From contig MU271462.1 of assembly GCA_021432655.1 (NCBI GenBank), positions 1-60,484 on the forward strand: a stretch of 60,484 nucleotides of DNA, given 5' to 3'. This DNA comes from Atractiella rhizophila (taxonomy: Eukaryota). Below, piece after piece: positions 47,260 through 58,784 of this stretch (position 1 is its first letter; each line of letters starts with the position of its first letter). The position numbers and the translations under genes are program-made. The notes beneath the pieces were generated by a model. That model ran no database searches and was not told where the DNA came from. It saw nothing but the letters and a program-made list of their open reading frames with translations.

Positions 47260-50200
47260 ATGGAAATTTCTGAGGTGAATGCTCCTATTCCTGAACCTGC
47301 GAACGGGAGTGCAAATCCGAGTACACAAGCGGATGCGGGAATGGAAGTGGATACTACTCCTGCCCCTGCTCCCTCTGAGACTCTAGCTACGGCTAAGGAT
47401 CCAAATGCCATGGCAGTTGACGTGGCTGCGAATACTGTCGTCGGATCAGCGGGAGTATCAGCTCCTGCTGCCCCCACTCCAACCCTCACCCATCTTATTG
47501 GTCAGGTACAACCTGCGCCTATCGCGTACAATGGCCTTAATATCGCACCTGGAATGAACGGAGCATCGGCTGAGCAGAATGGCAACCCTGCCGTTGGAGC
47601 GTTACGGAAGGAATCGATGCTCATGGACGAGTCCGCTTCGAATACGCCTCGAACGGGGACCCCTCAGCAACTACCTCTCGGTTCTTCCTATGTCCCTCCG
47701 CCATCACAACACCAACAACATCAACTTTCCGTCCAGCATCCTTCTTCGTCAACACCACAAATTGGCCATCCCACCGCGAATCAGAATCCACCTGCGAGAA
47801 AGGTCCTCCTCCCAAAGTACCAACAGTTGAAGCAGCGAATCGAGAAGGATCGGTATGATTTAGAGGCATGGAAGGAATTGGGGGATGAACAACGCCCAAA
47901 AGGGCTGGAGAAGAATAGGGAGTACTTTGAGGAATTGTTGACTGTTTGGCCAACTTCAGTATGTGTTCCTAAATTGTGCTCGAAAGATTTTCGGAGTTCA
48001 TACATGATGACGAACAGTATTCACATTGGATCCAATACGCAAACCTCGAACTACAAAATGGCGAAAAGTCAAATGTTGAAAAGATATTCACCCGAACCCT
48101 CGTCTTTGCCCCATCCGTCCCACTCTGGCGTTTCTACCTCACCTACGTGCGAAGGTTCAATCCTCTCTCCAATCCAGCCTCTCGAAAAATAATCAGCGAC
48201 TCCTTCGAGTACTGTTTGTCCCACATCGGGAACGACTACGAAAGCACGGATGTGTGGAAGGAGTACATTGCCTTTTTGAAGGATACACCCGCTGGTACCG
48301 CTGGAGGCGAATGGGAAGAGCAACAAAAGATGGATGCGATTAGGAAGACGTATCAGAGGGCGGTAGCAGTACCATTGAAGGACGTGGAGGGGATTTGGCG
48401 AGACTACAATAATTTTGAGATGCAGGTCAACAAGATGACGGTTCGTTCTTCCCTATCTCTTACATATGTGGACTGATATAAATTACATCTAATAAGGCGA
48501 AAAAGTTCCTTCAAGAGCGCTCAACGTACTATATGACCGCTCGTACCATGGTTCGAGAAATGAAGACACTGCTCGATCGAGTGCCCACCCCAGATCTTCC
48601 GATTCCCCCAGACGTAGAGAAGAATTCTGCGGATAGGGAGGCGTTGGAAGTGTGGAAGGATTATTTGAAGTGGGAAGAGGCGAATCCACTTGATTTAGAC
48701 GATAGTCAGGCGCTGTATAATCGCGTCATGTTCGTTTATAAGAAAGCTGTCGTCTTCATGAGGTTCTATCCAGAAATCTGGTACGCTCTGCTCCATCGTC
48801 CCTGTCCCTTTCTTCAGCATAAGTATCTCGCCAACTTTGCCCTGTTGTCCGCTCCTTTATGTGGCTGGTGAGAATCTGACGAGGCGGAAACGGGAAAAGG
48901 TACATGGCCGCCATGTATTTCAGCCAAGGAATGAAGAAGGAGAAACTGGACGAAGCTTCCCAATACCTGAAATGGGGCATCGAAGCTAACCCTCAATCTC
49001 TCCTTCTTCATTACACCTATATCTCCATTCTCGAATCGAGGAAACAGCACACAGAGGCATATGCACTATTCGACTCCCTCATCAGTTTCCACATCTCTCA
49101 ACTGGACGATATGCAATCCTCGATGCAAGCTGAGGTGACGGAGCAGATGTCGAACGAAGACATTCCACCAGCGGATAGAGAGGATCGGAGGCTTGAAATC
49201 GAGGCAGCGTGGAAGAAGCGGACAGATAAGGTGAAAGAGAGATTAGGGAATGTTTGGATTATGGAGATGCGCTTTGCCATCAGAGCTGAGGTGTGTCTTT
49301 TCTGGCTTCTCTCTGATGTAAGAGGAATGATGCATGGCTTGCGGATAGGGAATGAAACAGGCGAGGCAGGTGTTCGCCAAAGCGCGGAAGAAGCAAGCGT
49401 ATGTAAGCTGGCAAGTCTTCGAGGCTGCAGGTCTGTCGTTTGATACATTTCCCACACGCAGAGGCTAAGATGGAAACGTAGCTTTAATTGAATGCCATTG
49501 GAATAAAGACTCAAAGGTATCAACCAACATATTCGAGCTCGGAATGAAATCCTACGGCGAAGATGTCGGTTTCGCTGTCCGATACCTTGACTTTTTGATA
49601 TCCGTCAACGACACAAGTAGTACGTCCTATCCACTTTTCTGCACCGCACTCTTTTTGACAATAACGACCTGTAGATGCTAGAGCACACTTTGAGAAGACA
49701 GTTGCAAAGATCACAGACCCTGAAAAGTCGAAGCCGATTTGGGAACGGTGGGCAGAGTACGAGTACCAATTTGGTGATTTGAATGCGATCCAAAAGCTCG
49801 ACGAGAGATGGAGCGAGATGTTTCCTACTGGTTTGTCTTGACTTGTTCCCGCTGTGACATTGAACTGAACTAGGTCACAGATCCATCAATTACACACTTT
49901 GCGCGCCGATACACCTATCGCGGCCTGGAAGGCTTCCTCTCCCAAGAGCTCGGTACCTCCACGCTTTCCCTCATCCAACCGAGACAGTCTTCCACGCTGC
50001 AACCTGAACGTCAACTTAGCCCCTCTCCGCCTCAGAACTTGAAGCGACCCTTGACGGATGAACGGGACGAGCGTGGAGTCTCTCCAGCACCGCATGCTGG
50101 AACGCCAGTGAAGAGGGCGCGACCTGACAATGATCGTAGATCTGCCTCTCCTATCAGGGATCGCGAGAGAGATGTCAGAGCCCGTAGGGCACTCAGTCCA

Positions 50201-50755
50201 CCCCGGAGGCCTTCGCCCGCTCCTCGCGATAGAGATCGTGGAAGGGAGGTAGAGAAGGATCGTGGAGGAGGACCGCGGGAGCCGGAGATACCTGAAGCTG
50301 TTCTATTTTTTGTTAGCATCCTACCTAGCACAGAGACATTCAATGGTACCTATTTGTCCTTTATCTCAAGTAAACATACTGATTTCAGGATAGGACCGAT
50401 ACTCAATGCATCTATGGCCATGGACGTCCTCGCAGCTGTGAACCTGCCCCCTCCTGGCAGCTCAATGCAACAACAACAATTGCCGCCAGCTCCAGCTCCA
50501 ACGATGCCTTCGTACTATGGCGGAGGTGGCAATGTTGGAGGACACGGTGTGTCACATGGGTACGGTGGCGCACCACCCCGCGGGAGAAGTCCAAGCCCTC
50601 CCCCGCCGCCCCGACGTGAGCTCATCACTCTTTCCTTTTGCTACCTGTAGCTAACCAACGCCTTTCTAGGAGTTGGAGGGAGGAACAGAAGTCCCGACTA
50701 CAGCGATTATCGGGGACCTCCTGCTGGTGCTGCACGAAGGGGGAGGAGGTACTGA
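47260..50755 (+). CDS. RNA14: mRNA 3'-end processing factor Rna14/CstF-77 (HAT repeats)
   Basis: YDLEAW...YFEELLTVWPTS/...WIQYANLEL...PSVPLWRFYLTYVRR...QKMDAIRKTYQRAVAVPLKDVEGIWRDYNNFE...WKDYLKWEEANPL...MRFYPEIW...VWIMEMRFAIRAE/GMKQARQVF...IFELGMK...YQFGDL. Ends ...RRGRRY*. Confidence 0.95.
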
Positions 50756-50760
50756 ATAAA
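50754..50760 (+). terminator. AATAAA polyadenylation-signal-like hexamer overlapping the RNA14 stop codon
   Basis: TGAATAAA at 50753-50760, followed by T-rich sequence. The next gene starts ~190 bp downstream. Confidence 0.4.
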
Positions 50761-50945
50761 TATTATTCTTGGACTGATTATTGTTTGGATTATGAAATCA
50801 TATGGATTTGCTTCCGGCGCAGAATTGACAGTCAAAAGGCACGTGCGCCGCTGATCTTTCCAGCAGTCATCCTTGCAAATCCGTCTGCAACAAGCCTACT
50901 TCATAAAAGCTCATAAAATTCAGTACGACTGTCACATTTGTCAAG

Positions 50946-52791
50946 ATGTTGCAAAAACGACTTCCCTACGTTATCGACTGTCCACTCCATGGAAAGGTAC
51001 TAATCGAAGAACCGGTGTTGGTGGATTTGTTGCATTCGGACGCAGTGACAAGGCTAGAGGGTATTCGTGGGTCTCTCCTATCCTATTTTATTTTCTTTCT
51101 TGAACTCGCACAGAAACGTGTGTATGAGCTTTAGAAGGGAAGACTTCCTGGCCGAACGTCTGACGCGCACGGGCCCTACTCTCAGGACAGGGACACGAGC
51201 TCTCTGATGAAGCTCTCAAACAATACCACCCCGGATTTCTTGATGTTCATGCACTCATGCCTACCATGCATACGTTTCGATAGCCGGATTATGCAGATTA
51301 GTTTATTTTACACAAAGCTAGGGATCACAATGATTTCGTTTAACAATGCCTCAGAATCACTGGGATGATTTTTATTGTTCAAAAGATTATAGCCTGTAGA
51401 ATGCGCTCAAAGTGGATGAAATGCACCACAGCATCGTTGGGATCCTTGACTGGTGAACGGACAGCTGGTCAAATCGGACATCTTCATTTGCAAACACTTG
51501 TCAGCCTCAGTCGCATACTGACTCTGTTTCATAATGCAGAACAACACGGCGTCTCTACGCTCGATAAAACACTGTACCTCCCAGGCATACCTCCTATCAA
51601 CCGGCTCGAGCATTCGATCGGAGCCATGTTGTTAGTACGCAGGTGTGGAGGTAGCGTGGAAGCTCAGGCGGCTGCTTTGTAGGTTTGCATTTTCTACATT
51701 TCCCCAAGGTGAAGGAAGCGAGGTTGATGATATCTTCTGATTCCGAAAGGTTGCACGATTGTGCCCATACCGTCTTTTCTCACGTCACGGATACAGCATT
51801 TGGTGCGTCCACAGGCTCCTCCCAACGGTTCCTCCAAAATGGCTAAATGTGCGAGGGATGTAATTTGGATGATTAGGGTACGTGGTACACGAGGAGGACA
51901 AAGATGAATACATCGCCACGACTGATCTGGAGGACATCCTATCCTCGCACGGCTTCGACCCAAAGCGAGTGCTGAACGAACACCTCTTTCCTCTCCTCGA
52001 ACTTGACTCGCCAGCCATCTGTGCTGACCGTCTCGACTATGGATTGCGTGGTGTGTCTTCCTTCTATTCTCCCTCGTACATCTTCCGAAAGCATAAAGAA
52101 AGGAAAGACTGATTGTTACAACGTCCCCCGTCCTCTTCTTGGGGAGTAGACTCACGAGCCTTTGGATATCTGTCCGATGAGGATGTCTCGAAGGTTCTCC
52201 GTTCGCTGATCCAGAGGAACGGACGAATGGTGTTGTCAGATCAGGACGCGGCGAGGACCCTAGCTGAGGCGTATATCACGAGTGATGAGAGGTGTTGGGG
52301 GAGCGTATTGCACCATTGGATCTACGTCAAAGCGGCTGCGTTCGTCATGTCCCTCCCTCTTATCTATTCTTCTGTTCCCTACGCCAATGTTAACATGAAG
52401 GATTGAAACACGATTGAACAGGGTCATAAAACTCGCCATGGACAAAGGGCTCGTATCCAAGTCCTCGCTCTGGTCGGAGTCCGACTCCGAGTTCTGGAAA
52501 CGATTGGAATTGGCATCTTCTTCTCTTCCCGAGCTCAAAGCGGCAATAGAAGACGTGCACGCGGAATGGGAGTGCATAGAAAGCGAGGATGGGGACCACC
52601 AATTGGTGCCTAAGGTGAGAGTCATCGATCCCGATGTCCTCGTTCTCTCTGTCGTTGAGGGCGGTGACAAGCGAGAGGAGCACGTGAGCAGGCTGAGCGA
52701 GGTTGATGAGGCGTGGAGGGAGAGGATGTTACAGTATAAGGCGAGGAAGGGGAGGAAAGTCCTGTTCAATGCGAGGTTATTGAGGAATTGA
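50946..52791 (+). CDS. HD-domain metal-dependent phosphohydrolase (SAMHD1/dNTPase-like fold)
   Basis: MLQKRLPYVIDCPLHGKVLIEEPVLVDLLHSDAVTRLEGI/QQHG...RLEHSIGAM...AAL/LHDCAHTVFSH...VHEE...ICADRLDYGLR/D...KVRVIDPDVL. The H...HD...D metal ligands are intact. Confidence 0.9.
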
Positions 52792-53231
52792 TCCCCTTTT
52801 CGCCTAACTTTTCGACTTTTCGAGTTCTTGCAATTGTGAAAATTTAATTGGTTGTCTGTGGGCTATCATAGTATTTTGACGATTAGAAGAAGTATTTTGT
52901 CACTCATATCATGTCAGCATTCTTACTCATTTGTTCATAACATGTTACCAATTAGCAATAACAATGTCCTCCAACATCAATGGATCATCCCCTCTAACAA
53001 TCATCTCTCAAAGTGCATCCGCAGCTCAGAACTTGAAGGAGATGGTCTGATTCCACTACATTCCCCAATGACTTGGAGAAGCAGTTCCTATCGAACGCAA
53101 TAAAGTTCCAGATCTGTACGGCATACTCTGCTTAGACCCTCTCAGGATATATTGCTTGCTGTATTTCAAGCTTGGACGATCACAGTAGTGCTAGTGGCGT
53201 ATTTTGACACACAACTTCCAGTAAAAGTAAG

Positions 53232-54762
53232 ATGTCCTTTAGCGGCCCACCTCAACGTATCACGATCATAGGTGGAGGAGCCTTTGGGCTTTCCACCGCT
53301 CTTGCGCTCTCAAGAGGACCTTACAAAGGCAAGGGGGACTTAATTACCGTTGTTGGTTCGTATCCTCCGCTCTACCATAGCTCGAGAAAACGCACACATT
53401 GCAACTGATCTGATACCTTTCAAATTTCATGTGAGTTAGATCGAAGTGCCAGTCCGCCCGCAAAAGACGCTGCCAGTAGCGATCTCAACAAGGTGCGTTA
53501 CCTTCCCTGGTCCAGGGGATTGATCGCTTACATATGAGCCAACAGATCGTGCGATCGGACTACTCCTCAGCCCTCTACACAACTCTAGCTCAACGCTCCC
53601 TCAAAGTCTGGAATACATCTGGCTGGTCTTCATACTACCACGAGAGCGGCGTCGTGGTACAAGGTTCCAGCCCACACAGCGGAACATATGTATCCACCTC
53701 ACTCGCACACAATCCGCACGCCTCATCCCTCTCCCCGGAAGGCGTGAAAGCGCTGTTTGGTTGCTCTGTGAACCTTGAGGAGGGAACGGCGTACTTGAAC
53801 CCGGTTGGCGGATGGGCTGACGCCTCCGGAGCAATGCAACATATCTACGAGCTCGTCAGAGGAGAGGGAGTCAGATTTGAGGTCGCCATCGTGAGAGAAA
53901 TATCGACATTGGAAGGGAAGGTGTCGGTCGATGGTCTGCAACGCAGATTGGAGGACGACGAACTTGTTATCCTCTCCGCGGGCAGCTGGAGCTCGAGCCT
54001 CTTCCCAGCGTTACTAGAAGAAAAGAAGGCGGTTTCGACTGCCCAAGTGATTGGAACCATTTCTCTAACGCCTGAAGAAGTGGAAAGGTACTCGAAGAAT
54101 CCCGTGTATTTGTCTTTCGATAATGGGTTTTATGCTTTCCCGCCGACAAAATCTGGAGAGGTCAAGTTTGCGATTCATGGCGAGGGTTTTGTTACGAAGG
54201 AGAAGAAGAGGCCTGTAAGGGAAGAGGAAATGGGGACCCTTGGAAAGGATAGACTAACGGAGGATGGAAGGAAGACTTTGAAGACTGCAATGGAGACAGT
54301 ATTTCCCGACTTCAAGGGGAGGGAGTGGAGCGGGGAGAGGTTGTGTTGGTACGTTATTTTCAGTTGTTCTTCTTTCAGTATTTCTCAATTGAAGATTGAA
54401 TGTTGAATGGATGCACAGGTATATGGACGCCGAAGACGAAGACTGGATCATCTCGTACTCTCCCAAATCACCAAACTTGTTCATCGCGACTGGAGACTCA
54501 GGACATGCTTTCAAGGTAGGTGCATTTTCACCCCATAGCCAGAAACTTGAAAGAAGAGTCTGGGCGGCTGACATTGGATAACAGTTCCTGCCCATCCTCG
54601 GAGAACTTGTGCTTTCTGCACTGAAGGGAGAGCTGGAGGAGGAACAGAAGGAACTTTGGGCGTGGGAAAAGGTGCGAAGAAGTGCGGGGGTAACAGAGGA
54701 AAGCAGGGAGAAGATTGGGGGATGGGGAATTATTGATGTCTGACAAAATGAAGTTGAAATGA
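53232..54762 (+). CDS. FAD-dependent oxidoreductase, sarcosine/L-pipecolate/fructosyl-amino-acid oxidase family
   Basis: ITIIGGGAFGLSTALAL (Rossmann GxGxxG), AASSDLNK/IVRSDY, GGWADA, GFYAFPP, RLCW/YMD, ATGDSGHAFK/FLPILG. Confidence 0.93.
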
Positions 54763-55118
54763 TATATTTGCGAAATTGTAGTACCTAACACGTGACTTTT
54801 TGTGCTTTCTCTCCCTGTCGAAAAGACCGATCAGAACAGGACTTTATCTCGTACCTTTTCAAAAACCTAACAAATGTTTCTACTGGACATCTGGCCTATT
54901 CTTCGCAACCGGGTTCTAAAGCGTATGAGCAATAACAAACGGTACATATCGAGTAAGACTTCCCTCATTCTTCGCGTAGCATTGATGTTCTTTTCACAGG
55001 CCAAAGTACAAATATCAAATCTCCCCAATCATTCGATGATTTTCCGACTGATTATTCTGAGTTTCCAACAGACTAGCCAACAGAATCGCAAATATATGAC
55101 GGCATTTATTCTCCCTAC

Positions 55119-56459
55119 ATGCGGCCATCCGTCTCCTTGAGCGGGTTTGACACTCGAGCTTTAGGTATATGTGCGTCCAGGGCACTTGGTATTCAAGAGG
55201 TTCCTGTCAGCATCACGCTTGCTCACAGCGGCTTTTGGAACCGAATTTTCCGCTTCGAATTTTCAGCAGGAAGGAGTTTGCTCGCTCGAATCCCATCAAA
55301 GTACTTGTATAGTGGCGTCCCAGAGCGAACCGAAAGCGTAGTCGCGTCGATGACTTTCGCTTGCGCCGTCCTTGGACTACCTACCAATCTGATTCGGGCG
55401 TGGAATAGCAAAAGCGGCAATCCTGTTGGAGCTCCTTATATTCTGATGGATGCTTTACCTGGCGAAGAGGCGGCCGACTATTGGAGTTCTTGGAATGAGG
55501 AAAAGAAGATCACATTTCTTGCCAACCTCGCTCGCTTGATGAGTAAATGTTTTCAGCCATTGCCTTACAACGAGTATGGGAACCTTTATTTCGACGAAAA
55601 TTGTGATTGTTTCGAATTGACAGACCCAAAGGCGTATAAAGTTGGATCGTTCGTATTTGGACCTCACATTCAAGAATCCAAAGGGTTACCTCTTGCAACG
55701 GGTTCCACGGAGACGATTCAAGAGCTTTGGTTGCAGCAATTAGCGATTTCGTCGACGTTCGTGCGCACCTCCTGCAGTTTTCAGGATTCAAATGCCTGTT
55801 TGGGTGACCTGCATCCTCAGTACGATGAGACGCCGGTTTCACATTTTTTAGAGGTTGAATCGGCAATGAGAACGCTTTTAATCAAGTTTGGGAGGAATGT
55901 AGGAAGGTTTCGTGAGCCAGCACTAGTCTTCCAAGATTTCGCTATGCGCAATGTTCTCGTTAATCCTGAAACTGCAGAAATAACTGGAATTGTCGATTTT
56001 GATGACGTATCCGTCCTACCGCGTCTCTTGTCGTCGACGTATCCAGAAGAAATCTGTTCATACTCTTGGGATGCAACATGGCGACGATCGAATGGCAACT
56101 TCATCTTCCTTCCACGAGACGTATATCCCACTTCTGACTTCTACTTTTTACAAGCGAAGCAAAGGATTCTCGATCCTCTATGCAGGAATTCGGATTTGGA
56201 TCCAAGCTTTTGGTGCACAGAGGTGAAGGAAACCGAGTTTAGAAGCTGGTACGATGGCTTTCTTCAAACCTTTTCTCCCGAGATGGACAATGCTTTTCGA
56301 GAGTTGAGACGGTATCCTCTCAAGTTACATGACCTTTCTGTCAAAGGGTGGAGACACTGGCTTGATAATAGCCCTTGGATCCTCCTTCAAAGAGATAAGC
56401 ATTCAACAAGTTCTCCATCGATTGAGCTAGCACCGGAACCCCAATTTGACGTGAGCTAA
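55119..56459 (+). CDS. APH/choline-kinase-like phosphotransferase family protein (Aim9-like), intronless
   Basis: GFWNRIF...LLARIP...TESVVASM...NPVGAPYILMDALPG...YGNLYF...LVFQDFAMRNVLV...ITGIVDFDD. Uninterrupted 446-aa ORF. Confidence 0.85.
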   Translation: MRPSVSLSGFDTRALGICASRALGIQEVPVSITLAHSGFWNRIFRFEFSAGRSLLARIPSKYLYSGVPERTESVVASMTFACAVLGLPTNLIRAWNSKSGNPVGAPYILMDALPGEEAADYWSSWNEEKKITFLANLARLMSKCFQPLPYNEYGNLYFDENCDCFELTDPKAYKVGSFVFGPHIQESKGLPLATGSTETIQELWLQQLAISSTFVRTSCSFQDSNACLGDLHPQYDETPVSHFLEVESAMRTLLIKFGRNVGRFREPALVFQDFAMRNVLVNPETAEITGIVDFDDVSVLPRLLSSTYPEEICSYSWDATWRRSNGNFIFLPRDVYPTSDFYFLQAKQRILDPLCRNSDLDPSFWCTEVKETEFRSWYDGFLQTFSPEMDNAFRELRRYPLKLHDLSVKGWRHWLDNSPWILLQRDKHSTSSPSIELAPEPQFDVS

Positions 56460-56900
56460 ATACAAAAAAGGTGGATAGAACTAACGAAACATTTAGTAAA
56501 ATGGAGGCGTTGGTGAAATTTTCAAACCCCATGACCACGACAAGTGGAGGCTAGCCATTCATGAGGGGATGTTTGCTCTTTGTCCTCAACCCCAGCCTCA
56601 CAGGCCGCACATCCCTCTCCGATAACTACATAACTACGATTTCCTCGACAGGTCCACACTCAGGTTTATCGTATCAGCCTAGTAGTGTGTACGTCAAAAG
56701 GTTCTCTGGGCGAAATAAAGGACAGAGCTTCAAGTTCTGCTTCATCCCTTTCGTGTCATTTTCCATTCACATTCAGGTCTTACTGAATGTTGTCATATAC
56801 GTCGGAAAGAAACCTACTCAAAAATAGATATATAACTTATGTTAATGTCACCAAACTGTGGTCAAGGGTTGCGCAAATGTGCTCCATAAACGCAAGAAAA

Positions 56901-58784
56901 TCAAAGTACAGATTCATCTTGTGAAGCTTCCAAAAGCACAAACAATGAAGAACTCATCCACTCTGCATGTTCTTCCACCATCTGCTTCTGCCATTCAGTC
57001 CACTGTCCAAAAAACAGCACGACTTTCAAAGTGCTGCACCGAGACAGCTCGTCACCTAGGTATAGCCTGTCAATATAATTGGCCACGTCCATATAATCGA
57101 TCGGGCAATACCAAATGGAGAGTTCCAGACACAATTGAAGAGCAGCCAAGAAACTGGAAGATATGATGATATTACTTCCTTCATGACCACCATCAATGTG
57201 GAGGCGGGAAAGATAGCGGCAGCTTTCGGCCAATAAAGGCTTGGTGAAGATGATCTCCAGGATATTGATGCGCTCGTTCGGTCGGTAAAGAATACTCAGG
57301 TTCAATATTTCGAGTACATCTTGATTAAGAGGGAAAGCTTCTCGAGGAAACAGCTCCACCACCCTGCTGGATAGAAGTGTGTCCTGGGTCATGAAATTGC
57401 AAAAGGTAGAGCTTGCGTCTTCTACTCGAAGATGAGCAAGATTGAGTCTTTCACTCCTGAATAGAAGGAGTTGCTGTGAAATGACGGAATGAAGCCTGAG
57501 CAAGATAACACTTGAAAGCACCTCATGTGCACAAGTGTTATACAGAAAGTAGAGCACTCGGGGCTCATCCCAATCTTCCAAAGCCAAAAATTTTACGGTC
57601 TGAATGTCAGTAAGATGCTCCAAAACGTCTCTTTCTGGTTCAGTCGTGGGATAGACAAGGTGAACCTGCGAGATGGTGTGTTGATGTGTTCTGCAAGATA
57701 TGAGCAATTGGAGAGGATTGATATCTTTCTCCTTCTCTGTCGCCCGGAAATAAAACCGCGACCAGTTCTTTCTGTACGCTGGGTAACGTTTCAGAAGAAG
57801 TAACTTTCGGAAATCATATATGGGTTCACGTTCAAACACCATTGCTCTGTGGAGCCAAGACCGACAGACCAACATATAGACCGAAATATCCTTTGAGAAA
57901 GAATGAAACGTCGAGAGATAGTCGAAGATCCGGTCTAAGATCTCAATCGGCAAAATGGAGATGGGTGAATAATTGGGCGGAAGAGTTGAAAGCTGGAGAA
58001 ACCAAAAGGTAGGCAGGTGACGAGAATATCCATATTCGTCAATCAATCTCGAACCTGATTCTTCAGTAAAGGAAATCTCGGTAATCCTTTGAGCTCCAGG
58101 AAACACCGAGGTTGTCTCTCGATCTGGGCAAGCTCTCAACAAGGAAAGATGGAGTTCCACATCTTCATGGTCCGCAGACGAGAGCCAGTAATTTCCAAGC
58201 ACGTTGATATGGTACATTCCTTGTTGTGGACCAAAAGTCCAATGCAACACAATCTTTCGAAATTTTGTGGAAGTCAAGAAACTAGCTGTCCAGCTCACAA
58301 TCGTTGTGTGGCAATTTCCCCCTCCTAGTATCTTTTCCTCTTTGTGAAAGTTGTAGATCTGCAGAATCGGTGTCCGTTCGCTTGAAGAAGCAGGACCGAC
58401 CAGCTGAAATGTGTTGGCTGAAGAATTGATCTGGACAACGAAAACATAGAGGTCAGATTCATCTGTCCTACTAAAAGATACCAAACAGGAGATGGTGAAA
58501 GAGGACCGTTTCAATCCTCGCCATTTGACGATGTCAGATGACAGAGAGAGCAATTGGACTGCAAAAGATGCAAGCGACAAGCTAACAAAGGTAATGAACA
58601 CTTTGGTAAGTATATGCAAGTTCAATTTTGAAATTGACGGTTCATTCGCAACGATCACATCACCCAAAAACAAATCCATCCCACGCCAGCAACAATCAAC
58701 CGTCTGATCCGAGTCGAAGCTGAGTCGAAAGGTCAAAAGGAGCAGCAACGATGTCGGCACTAAATCCATTGCAGCCAACAGCAT
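56901..58784 (-). CDS. F-box-like domain protein, intronless; start uncertain (58784, 58769 or 58679)
   Basis: 627-codon open frame with internal PISILPIEILDRIFDYL...YMLVCRSWL and a leucine-rich C-terminal half. Confidence 0.65.
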   Translation of the reverse strand: MLLAAMDLVPTSLLLLLTFRLSFDSDQTVDCCWRGMDLFLGDVIVANEPSISKLNLHILTKVFITFVSLSLASFAVQLLSLSSDIVKWRGLKRSSFTISCLVSFSRTDESDLYVFVVQINSSANTFQLVGPASSSERTPILQIYNFHKEEKILGGGNCHTTIVSWTASFLTSTKFRKIVLHWTFGPQQGMYHINVLGNYWLSSADHEDVELHLSLLRACPDRETTSVFPGAQRITEISFTEESGSRLIDEYGYSRHLPTFWFLQLSTLPPNYSPISILPIEILDRIFDYLSTFHSFSKDISVYMLVCRSWLHRAMVFEREPIYDFRKLLLLKRYPAYRKNWSRFYFRATEKEKDINPLQLLISCRTHQHTISQVHLVYPTTEPERDVLEHLTDIQTVKFLALEDWDEPRVLYFLYNTCAHEVLSSVILLRLHSVISQQLLLFRSERLNLAHLRVEDASSTFCNFMTQDTLLSSRVVELFPREAFPLNQDVLEILNLSILYRPNERINILEIIFTKPLLAESCRYLSRLHIDGGHEGSNIIISSSFLAALQLCLELSIWYCPIDYMDVANYIDRLYLGDELSRCSTLKVVLFFGQWTEWQKQMVEEHAEWMSSSLFVLLEASQDESVL

